From: Vulcanimicrobiota bacterium
GTDB taxonomy: Bacteria; Vulcanimicrobiota; Vulcanimicrobiia; Vulcanimicrobiales; Vulcanimicrobiaceae
Direction: 5' to 3'
Assembly (NCBI GenBank): GCA_963723515.1
Contig: CAVRQT010000003.1
Location: forward strand, 352,001 to 416,000
DNA: 64,000 nucleotides
The notes beneath the pieces were generated by a model. That model was given only the letters and a program-made list of their open reading frames with translations. It was not told the origin of the DNA and made no database searches. Within the stretch, counting starts at the first letter, position 1, and each line of letters opens with the position of its first letter. The translations under genes and the position numbers were made by a program. This document shows positions 53,412-62,426 of this stretch, one piece after another.

Positions 53412-53534
53412 CTCATACGAGAAAAACCGCAAACAAGGGTTTTTCTCGTTTCATTTCCCGGCCGACTTCAAGCGCTCGTCGCTCTCATGTCAAGCTATAC
53501 CCTGCGCGCCCTCCTTAAGGTTTTAGCGCCTTAC

Positions 53535-53696
53535 TCATGGACGTTTCAGGAATCTGAGGTAGAAGCCAACGAATACCAAAACGATTCCTATATTCACTGT
53601 GAGGCGTCCCCAGAAGTGTGATCGGAAGAACGAGAAATCTACAGCCACGATAACCGCTATCAACAGCAGTATGTAAAGCACGACAATCGTTCTCAT
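53535..53696 (-). CDS. 53-aa two-TM small membrane protein (absent from the ORF track)
   Basis: MRTIVVLYILLLIAVIVAVDFSFFRSHFWGRLTVNIGIVLVFVGFYLRFLKRP. Confidence 0.7.
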   Translation of the reverse strand: MRTIVVLYILLLIAVIVAVDFSFFRSHFWGRLTVNIGIVLVFVGFYLRFLKRP

Positions 53697-53841
53697 TTCA
53701 GTCCACAGTCAAAATATAAGATTAAGCCAAACACCGTAAGCTGGCGCTTTGTATACATCGCTGCAATTCCTTTGGTCGTCTGAGTTATGGAGCGAGCGGC
53801 CACGATGAGGCGCGCTAGTCAGCCAGCGAACCCTTAAAGAA

Positions 53842-53898
53842 GTTCAGTCCAACATCCGGAAGCATGTAATGAAGATCCACCAAAACGGTGGCGCTTTT
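53842..53898 (+). repeat. Fourth degenerate tRNA-Asn 3' fragment plus hairpin
   Basis: GTTC-AGTCCAACATCCGGA followed by CCACCAAAACGGTGG. Confidence 0.8.
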
Positions 53899-54087
53899 GT
53901 GCTTGGGAACCCGCAGGATGGTCCATGGCGTCTCCGTTGCGGCGAAGGACTGTTGCGGTCGCGCGATAACTAAGCGATTCCCCTAATCAGGTTGCTTCTA
54001 ATTTTAACACTGCAACAGCGCGTTTGGGGTCGGCGGCGGGCTTCGCGACCTCGTCGCACTGTTGCTTCTGCAACAGAGGTGTACGGT

Positions 54088-55902
54088 ATGAGTGAACGAT
54101 TGAGGTGCGTTCTTGCGGTTTGCTCGCTCCTCGGTTTAGCTGCCTGCCAAGGCGGCGGAGGCGGGTCGAGCATGCTGCCTACGGGATCGAGTGTAAATCC
54201 CGGTGCGGAAAGCGTAGGATACAGCGTTCCGCGAAGCAGACCAAACGGTGTCCGCATAAATGTTCGGCTTCCGCTTAGAAACAGTGACGATCTCGATAGG
54301 CTGATCGATCAGCAAAACACAAAAGGTTCGCCGTTTTACCATCACTGGTTAACCCCAGCGCAATTCCGCGCGGCATACGGACCCCGCTTCGAGGATCTGA
54401 AGACTGTTGCGGCCGCGCTTCAAGGAGCCGGTTTCAATACGACATTCACATCACAGGGTGTTATCGCTGATGCGCCACAAGCGACGGTCGAGAGAACGTT
54501 CAATGTGCACTTGCAGCGCGTTTCATCGCCCACCCATGGGAAGGTCCCAACACTCGCTGTGGACCGAGTCCCAACTATGCCAACGCCGCTACAGCGACTG
54601 GGTGCGCATCTCGCTGGTCTTGCGTCGTTCCAGATGAAACCGCAATACCTGCTGAAAAGCAAGAACCCCGTTCCGGAGAATCGCTATAGTCCCACTGGTG
54701 GCTACTGGGGCGACGATCTCAAGCAAGCGTATGAGTATCCTTCATACAACGTTTTGCGTGGATCGGGAACGAAAATCGCGATCTTGGCCGTTAGCGATTT
54801 CCTGGATAGCGACGTGGCGCTGGCCTTCGGTCACGAGAAACTAACTCCGCCCACCATCATTCGCCGACCTGTGGACGGTGGTCCGCAGCCATTCGGTGGC
54901 GTCAACGACGGTTTTTCGGATGAGATCTCGCTCGATGTTCAAGAGGCAGGCTTCTCGGCGCCTGGCTCAACGCTCATGGTTTACGGTGCGCCCGATGCAT
55001 CTTTTGAGCCGTCGTTCCTTGACATGTACACTGCGGTCGTCGAAGACAACCAAGCCGACCTCGTCAGCGCGTCCTTCGGCCTCTGCGAGCTTTTCTTCAC
55101 CGCTCCATACAACGGCGGCACGGACTTTACATCGATTCTGACTAGCGACTTCCATGACGTTTTCCGTCAAGGAAACGCACAAGGCATTACGTTTCTAGAC
55201 TCTTCGGGTGATGCGGGCGCACTTGGTTGTACCGACGTCGCTGGAGCGGTCGCGACACTTGGAGTTGAGGTGTTCGCCAATGATCCGACTAACGTAGGCG
55301 TTGGCGGCACGAATCTCGTGACGTCGTTCATCCCCGGCTCGAAACAATCGACGTATGTTCGCGAGAATGCGTTCAGCGATCCGATTGATCCCGCGTTCGG
55401 ATTCCCGGCCGGTTCAATCTGGGGCTCGGGCGGCGGAGTGAGCACGATTTGGAAGAAGCCGCTGTATCAGCATTTTGTGAATACCGGGGCGAGCATGCGT
55501 GCCGTCCCGGACATCTCGCTTCACATGGGCGGATGCCCGAGCACTGCCGTACAGCCGTGCGCTCCGGACCGCAGCTTCGATATCGTGGCGGTCGGAGGTG
55601 CATTCTACGGGTTTATCGGCACCAGTGCATCCGTCCAGGAGTTTGCCGGCTTGCAAGCGCTGCAAGACCAAAGGCTTGGAGTTCGGACCGGTAACGCCAA
55701 CTATCTGATATATGGCTTGGCAGCTGGCGGTTCACTCGGCAACGGCCCGATTTTCCATAACGACATTCCGGGAAATAATGGGTACCCGTCACACCATGGC
55801 TACAACTTCGTGGTTGGCAATGGAACGGTGCGCGGCGCGCAGTATGCGTTCGACCCGTTCGGCCCATTCGCCGGCACTCCGCAGACACCGACGAACCCGT
55901 AA
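54088..55902 (+). CDS. S53 (sedolisin/kumamolisin) serine protease lipoprotein with prodomain
   Basis: LAAC lipobox, WLTPAQF prodomain, EISLD, SSGDAG, GSGGG, VPDIS, GTSAS. Confidence 0.92.
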   Translation: MSERLRCVLAVCSLLGLAACQGGGGGSSMLPTGSSVNPGAESVGYSVPRSRPNGVRINVRLPLRNSDDLDRLIDQQNTKGSPFYHHWLTPAQFRAAYGPRFEDLKTVAAALQGAGFNTTFTSQGVIADAPQATVERTFNVHLQRVSSPTHGKVPTLAVDRVPTMPTPLQRLGAHLAGLASFQMKPQYLLKSKNPVPENRYSPTGGYWGDDLKQAYEYPSYNVLRGSGTKIAILAVSDFLDSDVALAFGHEKLTPPTIIRRPVDGGPQPFGGVNDGFSDEISLDVQEAGFSAPGSTLMVYGAPDASFEPSFLDMYTAVVEDNQADLVSASFGLCELFFTAPYNGGTDFTSILTSDFHDVFRQGNAQGITFLDSSGDAGALGCTDVAGAVATLGVEVFANDPTNVGVGGTNLVTSFIPGSKQSTYVRENAFSDPIDPAFGFPAGSIWGSGGGVSTIWKKPLYQHFVNTGASMRAVPDISLHMGGCPSTAVQPCAPDRSFDIVAVGGAFYGFIGTSASVQEFAGLQALQDQRLGVRTGNANYLIYGLAAGGSLGNGPIFHNDIPGNNGYPSHHGYNFVVGNGTVRGAQYAFDPFGPFAGTPQTPTNP

Positions 55903-55929
55903 ACTGCGTCAGAAAATCTAAGCCGAAAG

Positions 55930-55959
55930 GGGCGGCGTTTCAAATAATAAACGCCGCCC
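55930..55959 (+). terminator. Hairpin after the S53 gene
   Basis: GGGCGGCGTTT...AAACGCCGCCC. Confidence 0.65.
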
Positions 55960-55978
55960 TGAATCCTCGCCGGCTTCG

Positions 55979-56085
55979 TGTCACCCTGAGCTTGTCGAAG
56001 GGCGAAAGACGCGTCCACAGCCCGACCCATTACCGAGAAAAACATCGCAAATCAGGGGTTTTCCTCGCTTTGATTTTCAAGCGGC
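55979..56085 (+). repeat. REP + junction sequence resembling 53361-53460
   Basis: TGTCACCCTGAGCTTGTCGAAGGGCGAA ... CGAGAAAAAC..CGCAAA..AGGG.TTTT.CTCG. Confidence 0.75.
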
Positions 56086-56129
56086 AGAAGGATGCTCCGC
56101 CGCTTTACAAACTGAGGAGACTCACGCAC

Positions 56130-57063
56130 ATGAGACAAACGCGAACGTTCTTACTCTGGGCAATGCTTATCTTTGCGGCGGCCGTAGGACAGACGTTGGT
56201 CGCGCCGGCTATCGCTGCTCCGCGCGTGCCGGGCACCGTCTTCCGCGACTGCTCGAATTGTCCCGAGATGGTCGTAATTCCCGCGGGCAATTTCATCATG
56301 GGTTCGTCCGCAGCGGAGAAATCTTGGGCGGCGAGTCACGGTGGCAATCTGGCATCCGTAGCTGACGAAGCGCCGCAGCACCGTGTCGACCTGCGGTCCT
56401 TCGCATTGGGTAAGTACGATGTGACGCGAAGCGAATATGCAGCGTTCGTCCGCCAGACGGGGCATGCTGCAGGAGATGGATGTGGTCCTGACAGTTTTAA
56501 GTGGAAAAAACAAGCGGATGTGACTTGGGAGAATCCCGGCTTTCACCAAACCGAGCGCGATCCGGTCGTCTGCGTCAGCTGGCAAGATGCGCGAGATTAT
56601 GTTACGTGGCTGAACGGCAAGGTGCGGCCGCGTTGTGTCGATCACAGATAGTGCACCCTATCGACTGCCCAGCGAATCGGAATGGGAATATGCAGCGCGG
56701 GCGGGGACGACGACACGGTTCTGGTGGGGTGACGACGACAGCGCTGCACCCGGACATGCCTGGTACAAAGACAATTCCGGCGGTCGAACGCACACGGTAG
56801 GCGTGAAGAATGCGAACCCATTCGGTCTTTACGACATGCTGGGCAATGTTTGGCAATGGACGCAGGATTGTTACGCCAACAGCTACACAAACGCGCCGAC
56901 GGATGGCAGTGCGGCGGAATCGGGAAACGCCTGCCTTCGCGTCGACCGCGGCGGATCTTGGTTATATCCCGCGTGGCTGCTTCGGCCAGCAGCGCGCGAG
57001 CGGAACCCCGCCGACTACCGGGACATCATTATGGGGTTCCGCTTAGCCAGGACGCTCCCGTGA
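56130..57063 (+). CDS. Formylglycine-generating enzyme (FGE-sulfatase) family protein (frameshift near 56635)
   Basis: CPEMVVIP, DEAPQH, PVVCVSWQDA, RLPSESEWEYAAR, GLYDMLGNVWQW, RGGSW, GFR. Confidence 0.88.
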
Positions 57064-57258
57064 ATCGGAGCTTCCGTCGGGAAGTTTGGCTACTTCTCGG
57101 TGATTCTGAGGGATCGAAGTCTCTACAACCGCGTCCAACAGCGCCGCTCAAACAGTTCGTACTTTGTTTCGCATATGGGACGAGCGAAGTTTTTGAGTGC
57201 CCGAAAGATTTTGAAGCCCGCCCAAACAGTTTCGGCAGTTGACCGCTCTATAGATCGT

Positions 57259-57829
57259 ATGTACTTCGAGGAGCAACTGATGGGGCCGCAGGTTCCGACT
57301 GAGATCATAGAAGCCGCTAGGCGCGGCGGTTCAGCTGATATCGAGCGGTTGCTCGAGGCCGTATGGGTGGACGCGTACCGTCTCGCGCGAGCGATCGTTT
57401 CGCAGCCGCAGAGCGCGGAAGATGTTGCACAGGAGGCGTGCGTCATCATGTTCCGCACCATCGCTTCGTTGCGCAATCGGAACGCTTTCCGCGCGTGGTT
57501 CTATCGGATCGTCGTTCGCGAAGCCCTCAGGCAAAAGAAATTACAGCTGGTATCGACCAGCCTTTCAAAAGATGCCGCCTACTACGAAGATCCGTCGGTG
57601 TCCCTTGATCTTTGGCGTGCGCTAGCCGCGTTGCCTGATAGCCTCAGAACCGTCGTTGTTCTCCACTACTTTGAAGGACTCTCAAGCCGCGAAATCAGTG
57701 AGATCCTGCGCGTACCCGATGGCACAGTGCGCTTCAGATTGATGACTGCAAGACGGCCGAATGCAACCGCTCCTTCAACAGAATGACGATTGCGCTCCCT
57801 CGAAAGGCGACGAACTCTATGCACTATGA
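57259..57829 (+). CDS. ECF sigma factor (frameshift near 57760)
   Basis: AEDVAQEA, AWFYRIVVR, LSSREISEILRVPDGTVRFRL. Confidence 0.85.
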
Positions 57830-58456
57830 TCTCTTAGAACGCTGCAGCACGGCTGCGCGCGAACATCCAGGCCCCGCCGTTCCCCTTGGAAGCAATCCGC
57901 ACGCGCAACGAGACGCTCTTCCAAACCTACTCCTCGCCGCCGCTCAGTCGCCGCTGTGATCGTTGCATCTGTTTCAATTGTTGCGCTCGCGGCAGCCGCA
58001 GAAGTTTTGCAGCAGACCCATCTGCGCTTCACGCCATCAGGCGGAATGGTCATCTCGTCCAACGCAAAGATGGGCTCGCGCCCGATTCATACGGAGGCAG
58101 AAATTCAGGAAGCCGCCCGGCGACTAGACTTTCCGGCGATCCTTCCTATGGGTTTGCCTGCCGGCGCGAAGCCGATACGCCTCTTCACCGCCGGAACAAG
58201 TATGCTCGCCATCACCTACGAGCTTCCGGGAACGCAACGCTCGTCTCACTTGCTTTGGGTATTCCTGACGAACCGGGCGACCATGTCCGGGCCGGCGCGG
58301 CCGCCTCAGGGACGCTATACGTTGCAAACTGGGGAACGCACGTCGCTCAGAGTGTGGGATGTAGGTAAAGAGGCCGTGATCGCCACCTCGACCGGCTTGA
58401 GCGATCGGGAATTTGCAACCATCAAGCGTGCGATGGAGGAAGGAACCCCGCGATGA
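57819..58456 (+). CDS. Probable membrane anti-sigma factor (frameshifted)
   Basis: Start overlaps the sigma stop; RRR-TM then an extracytoplasmic domain. Confidence 0.6.
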
Positions 58457-58498
58457 CCTCTGCTCCTACGACGTGGCTTAACAAAGAGTCGAAAGCTT

Positions 58499-58590
58499 AG
58501 CAAGTCGTACAGCAAAAGGGCCACCAACAACGGTGGCTCTTTGCGATTGTCACTCTGAGCGCGCGCGGAGCGCGTTGTCCGAGGGCAAGC
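58499..58590 (+). repeat. Junction repeat + hairpin + degenerate REP
   Basis: AGCAAGTCGTACAGCAAAAGGG matches 52973-52994 at 21/22; GGCCACC..GGTGGCTC hairpin; TGTCACTCTGAGC...GTCCGAGGGC. Confidence 0.75.
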
Positions 58591-58593
58591 GGA

Positions 58594-59082
58594 TCATCGG
58601 CGACTGCGATCGTCGCTCTTTTCGAAGTCGAGTATACGTCGTAGGCTGGCTTTAACTTCCTTAAAGCGACGCTTACCAAGTCGCTTCGCCCACTCTGCTT
58701 CTATTTCAGCGATGATTGCGCGACCATGCTCGATCATCCGCTCGCCGCGCTCGGTCGTGAAAATCAGCTTTGCTCGGCGATCCGTTGGGTTTGGCCGGCG
58801 GACAACATATCCCGAGGCCTCCACATCGTCAATAAGTTCTTTCATCGCCGGTTTCGTCATACGCGCTTTGGCGGCAAGTTCGGTGAGCGTACTGCCTTCA
58901 TCTTCGATATAAATAAAGATGGGCGAGTGTGCGGCGCGGATTTGGCCTTGCGTTTCGACGCGAAGCCGATCAGTAATCTGGCCGACGAAGGCCGCATAGA
59001 TTGGCCCAATCAGTCGTCCAATGGACGTCGGATCCGGAGGAGGCGCTAGACGGCGGCGCGGCGCGCCATTGCGGCTTGACAA
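58594..59082 (-). CDS. MarR family transcriptional regulator
   Basis: TLTELAAK..MTKPAM..VVRRPNPTDRRAKLIFTTERG. Confidence 0.92.
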   Translation of the reverse strand: MSSRNGAPRRRLAPPPDPTSIGRLIGPIYAAFVGQITDRLRVETQGQIRAAHSPIFIYIEDEGSTLTELAAKARMTKPAMKELIDDVEASGYVVRRPNPTDRRAKLIFTTERGERMIEHGRAIIAEIEAEWAKRLGKRRFKEVKASLRRILDFEKSDDRSRR

Positions 59083-59141
59083 AAAGTTCTACGTATCCTA
59101 TTGTTAGGGAACCTTACTAAATAGTTAACTAGCCTTACTAG
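59076..59141 (+). promoter_or_regulatory. Sigma70-type promoter with two putative MarR operators
   Basis: TTGACA(59076)-N17-TATTGT(59099); two imperfect palindromes each ending CCTTACTA. Confidence 0.6.
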
Positions 59142-59195
59142 TTTCGCCGAGTGGCATTCCGGCCCTTGGATACCTGGTTGGCAAAGGAAAGCACG

Positions 59196-60170
59196 ATGAA
59201 ATATTTTAGCACAGCCGCGATTCTTGCTTTTGCGCTCGCCGCGGCGGGATGCACCGGAGCGACCACAACAAGTACGGCTGCGCCGCCTGCCGCAGGCCCG
59301 TTAACATGGACACTTCAGGCCGGCGCCTCAAGCACACAAGAGGCGTATCAGGGCTTACAATTCTATCCCACTTCGATCACGATCGACGCCGGCGACAGCG
59401 TGACGTGGACGTTCCCAGCCGGTGAGCCGCATACGGTCACGTTCTTAGGGAATCGCACATCGTTGCCGCCGCCGAACGACCCCAGCGTTCCGGCGCCTGC
59501 AGGCGGTTCAACATATGACGGTACGGTGTACACGAGTTCCGGGTTTAAATTGCTTGGCCAGGCCTACACGCTTATGTTTTCTAAGCCCGGTGCGTACAAG
59601 TACTATTGCTTACTTCACGGCGGCCTACGCGGTGGTATGGACGGAACGATCACGGTTCAGGCAGCCGGCGCTCCGTATCCAACCGCCCAAAGTCAATACA
59701 CCAGCGCTGGGCAGGCGATGATCTCGAGCGATCTTGCGAACGCTGCCGCGTCAATCAACCAGTTTCCCTATCCCATCGGCGGACCGCACCTTGCTGCGGG
59801 AATCGCTCCCGGGTTGAATGCAGCGCCGCCGGCGACGTCCACGGTGGTGCGCTTCCTCGATAGTAAGTCGGCGGCTAGCAATCAAAGTGTCACGATACCC
59901 ATCGGAGCAACAGTGAGCTGGACGAATCTTTCGAATAATTTTCCGCACACCGTAACGTTCGGCATCGTCGGTCAGCCGTTTCCGAAACTTCCGCCATTCG
60001 CGCCGCCGTCCGGCGGCACGACATACGACGGAACGGCAGTGACGAACTCCGGCGTCATGATGCCAGGCCAAAGCTACAGCCTGACGTTCACTAAGAGCGG
60101 CACGTACACGTATCACTGCCTGTTTCACGACGATACCGAGAACATGATCGGAACGGTCGTCGTTAAGTAA
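59196..60170 (+). CDS. Lipoprotein with two cupredoxin (type-1 copper) domains
   Basis: AAGC lipobox; PHTVTF..YYCLLH..M and PHTVTF..YHCLFH..M. Confidence 0.88.
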   Translation: MKYFSTAAILAFALAAAGCTGATTTSTAAPPAAGPLTWTLQAGASSTQEAYQGLQFYPTSITIDAGDSVTWTFPAGEPHTVTFLGNRTSLPPPNDPSVPAPAGGSTYDGTVYTSSGFKLLGQAYTLMFSKPGAYKYYCLLHGGLRGGMDGTITVQAAGAPYPTAQSQYTSAGQAMISSDLANAAASINQFPYPIGGPHLAAGIAPGLNAAPPATSTVVRFLDSKSAASNQSVTIPIGATVSWTNLSNNFPHTVTFGIVGQPFPKLPPFAPPSGGTTYDGTAVTNSGVMMPGQSYSLTFTKSGTYTYHCLFHDDTENMIGTVVVK

Positions 60171-60188
60171 CCGAGGCAAACGAGTAAT

Positions 60189-60220
60189 AAAAAGGGTCAC
60201 CGCAAACGGTGACCCTTTTT
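60189..60220. terminator. Bidirectional intrinsic terminator
   Basis: AAAAAGGGTCACCG-CAAA-CGGTGACCCTTTTT between convergent genes. Confidence 0.9.
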
Positions 60221-60259
60221 ACTCTCTGCGGTCCGCGCTAAGGTGAAAGCTTTTGAGTC

Positions 60260-60529
60260 TTAAACCGCCGCCGAGATTGGTAAGCCGAATGCCGCCTCTT
60301 CGTTCAGCGGTACGTATTCGTTGCGGCAGACGTTACCTACAACGGGCTCTAGAAATTCCTTCACCGCCTCAACTGAAGGTGCTTCCCACAAGCACGTTGC
60401 TGTTTTGCGGTCCGCCCCGCTTAGATACTGGTGCAACTTGAGGTGCGACGGGATCGCTTCGGTTGCGGTTTTGGCGGAAGACTCGAATTTGTCGGGATCG
60501 CTAATGCGATGGATCACTGTAATGAACAT
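60260..60529 (-). CDS. Small ferredoxin-like-fold protein
   Basis: AAGGA RBS; MFITVIHRISDP..ATCLWEAPSVEAV. Confidence 0.75.
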   Translation of the reverse strand: MFITVIHRISDPDKFESSAKTATEAIPSHLKLHQYLSGADRKTATCLWEAPSVEAVKEFLEPVVGNVCRNEYVPLNEEAAFGLPISAAV

Positions 60530-60678
60530 GGTGTCCTTTCTGGGATGCTGGAGGTTCGTGCAAAGAAGAGCACGGCCTGTGACAGTCGATTGAGCGTTCA
60601 TACCAGAGACACCGTCGCGGAAGCTCCTTATCCTGTGGACGCTCATCCTGTCAGGGGTAACCGCCGCGTTACAGCGCT

Positions 60679-61032
60679 TTACATCGCTGGCCCGATTAGG
60701 ATCCACGTCCTTCCTTTGAAGCTTTGGATCATGACGACTGCTCCGCTCCGTTCCGGTCCGACCAGGAACGCATCTTCCGAGTTTTCCATGCCCGGCTGCG
60801 CCATTTCGGGTGCGCCCTTAAGGCGCGCTTTATACCACGCTTTTACAGTGGCGAAGTTGGCGGCGGTGGAGTAAGCCTTGACTTTGTGTGGTGGCACCGC
60901 GATGCCGACGCCCTCCGGGCGAACACCCAGCACCGCGCCTGGATAAATGGGCGGAGCGCGGAGCGCGGCAGCACTCACGGGAGCGCTAACCGCAAGTATC
61001 ACGGTCAACAACGTCATGACGAGCAGGCGCAT
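60679..61032 (-). CDS. Small secreted protein
   Basis: Signal peptide; PIYPGA..VKAWYKARL. Confidence 0.65.
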   Translation of the reverse strand: MRLLVMTLLTVILAVSAPVSAAALRAPPIYPGAVLGVRPEGVGIAVPPHKVKAYSTAANFATVKAWYKARLKGAPEMAQPGMENSEDAFLVGPERSGAVVMIQSFKGRTWILIGPAM

Positions 61033-61237
61033 CACTAAAATTCTTGACGCGTTGGAGGGAACAGGACCACAAACAGCGCCGACTCGCATAATCTAGTGCG
61101 GAAGCATCGAGTTTCGGCTAAGCGCGAAAAGATCAACACGGCGACTCCTTAACGGTGCTTCGAAGTGAAGTGTGCGTTACTTAGCCACCGTCACCTTTGA
61201 GTACAGACCGTTGTTCTTAAAGCTACGGAGGAACACG

Positions 61238-61555
61238 ATGGCGTATTTTGTCGTGATTCGTGAACGGAGCGCGGGGTGGAACTGGTCGCTGCCGATGCGT
61301 CAGCAGCCGGAATGGGAAGCGCACGCCGCATTCATGGATGCGCTGGCCGATGAGCGGTTCATCGTTGCGGGCGGTCCACTCGGTAGTGAGAATGATGCGA
61401 AGCGTGTGATGCACGTGATCGACGCGCCAGGCACGGACGCAATTGAGTTGCGTCTAGCGCAAGATCCGTGGACGCCCATGCGATTGCTCACCACCGTTAG
61501 CGTCGAGCCATGGACGGTTCTACTCGGCGGGCTTGGCGACACTACAGTGGCGTAG
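61238..61555 (+). CDS. YciI family protein
   Basis: GGAGG RBS; HAAFM, GGPL, DPW. Confidence 0.85.
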   Translation: MAYFVVIRERSAGWNWSLPMRQQPEWEAHAAFMDALADERFIVAGGPLGSENDAKRVMHVIDAPGTDAIELRLAQDPWTPMRLLTTVSVEPWTVLLGGLGDTTVA

Positions 61556-62032
61556 GCCGGCCCGTCGCCGCGTTCTAAAGACCTAATCTTATAGTGCCAG
61601 ATGCACGGGGCGGCCGCGCTGTGGCCCTGGTACGATTTGGGTCTATGGCCGACGGTCCATCGAACCGCTCCGTTTCGTCGCGTCTTAACGGCCGCGAAAT
61701 TATCGGTTAAGTATGGCGCGCGTCGATTTTTGACATCTACAAGAATGGAGCGTTGCTGATTATTGCGTTGGCCGTCTTCGGCGCGGCCGCTGCGTGGCGT
61801 TCGGTCGAAGTTGGCGCAATGCTTGGGGCGGGCGTCGCTGCGTTTGTCGCACTGGTTGCGAACCCGGCCGACGTGGAACGGGTCGCTACGCTTCCGATCA
61901 CACCACTCGCCGTTATCCTCGCTTCGATAGGCCTGCAGCGCTTGGCCGATAGGCTACCGCTCACAGCAAGGCCAACGGCTCAAATGGAACCGATCGGATC
62001 GTGAGATCCATGACGCAGATGCGACTGCTCAG

Positions 62033-62389
62033 ATGTTGACGCTGCGCGCCCACGCATTGATCGCGTTCGCCTTGTTTATCGCGATATTGTTATTCGCAGG
62101 TCTCGGCAACGTGCTGGCCGCATCCGGCCTCATCAAGAACGGCGCTGCGCTTCAAACGGCGATGAAGATTTTTTTTCTTGCCTTAACCGTTGCACTTGCT
62201 TTTTCAATGATCCCGGTAATCGTCAAAGGCGTTCTTGCAGCGCAGGTCGCGTTTGGCAATGGTAACCTCGCACTGGTTAAGACGGCGATCGAGCACGAAG
62301 TCGCCATTATCTTGACGCTCTGGTCCTTTATGCTATTTGGGTTCGCTGTCGCGTTGCCGTTCGCAATTCGGCAACGCTTCTTGCAATAG
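62033..62389 (+). CDS. Hypothetical membrane protein
   Basis: Three hydrophobic helices. Confidence 0.6.
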   Translation: MLTLRAHALIAFALFIAILLFAGLGNVLAASGLIKNGAALQTAMKIFFLALTVALAFSMIPVIVKGVLAAQVAFGNGNLALVKTAIEHEVAIILTLWSFMLFGFAVALPFAIRQRFLQ

Positions 62390-62426
62390 AGCTTACTCTA
62401 TGGAATTGTGCGTTCCACGTCTTGCA

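Noticed and set aside
24000..58600. Prophage, ICE or IS element
   Set aside because: No integrase, transposase, relaxase or phage structural gene recognised.
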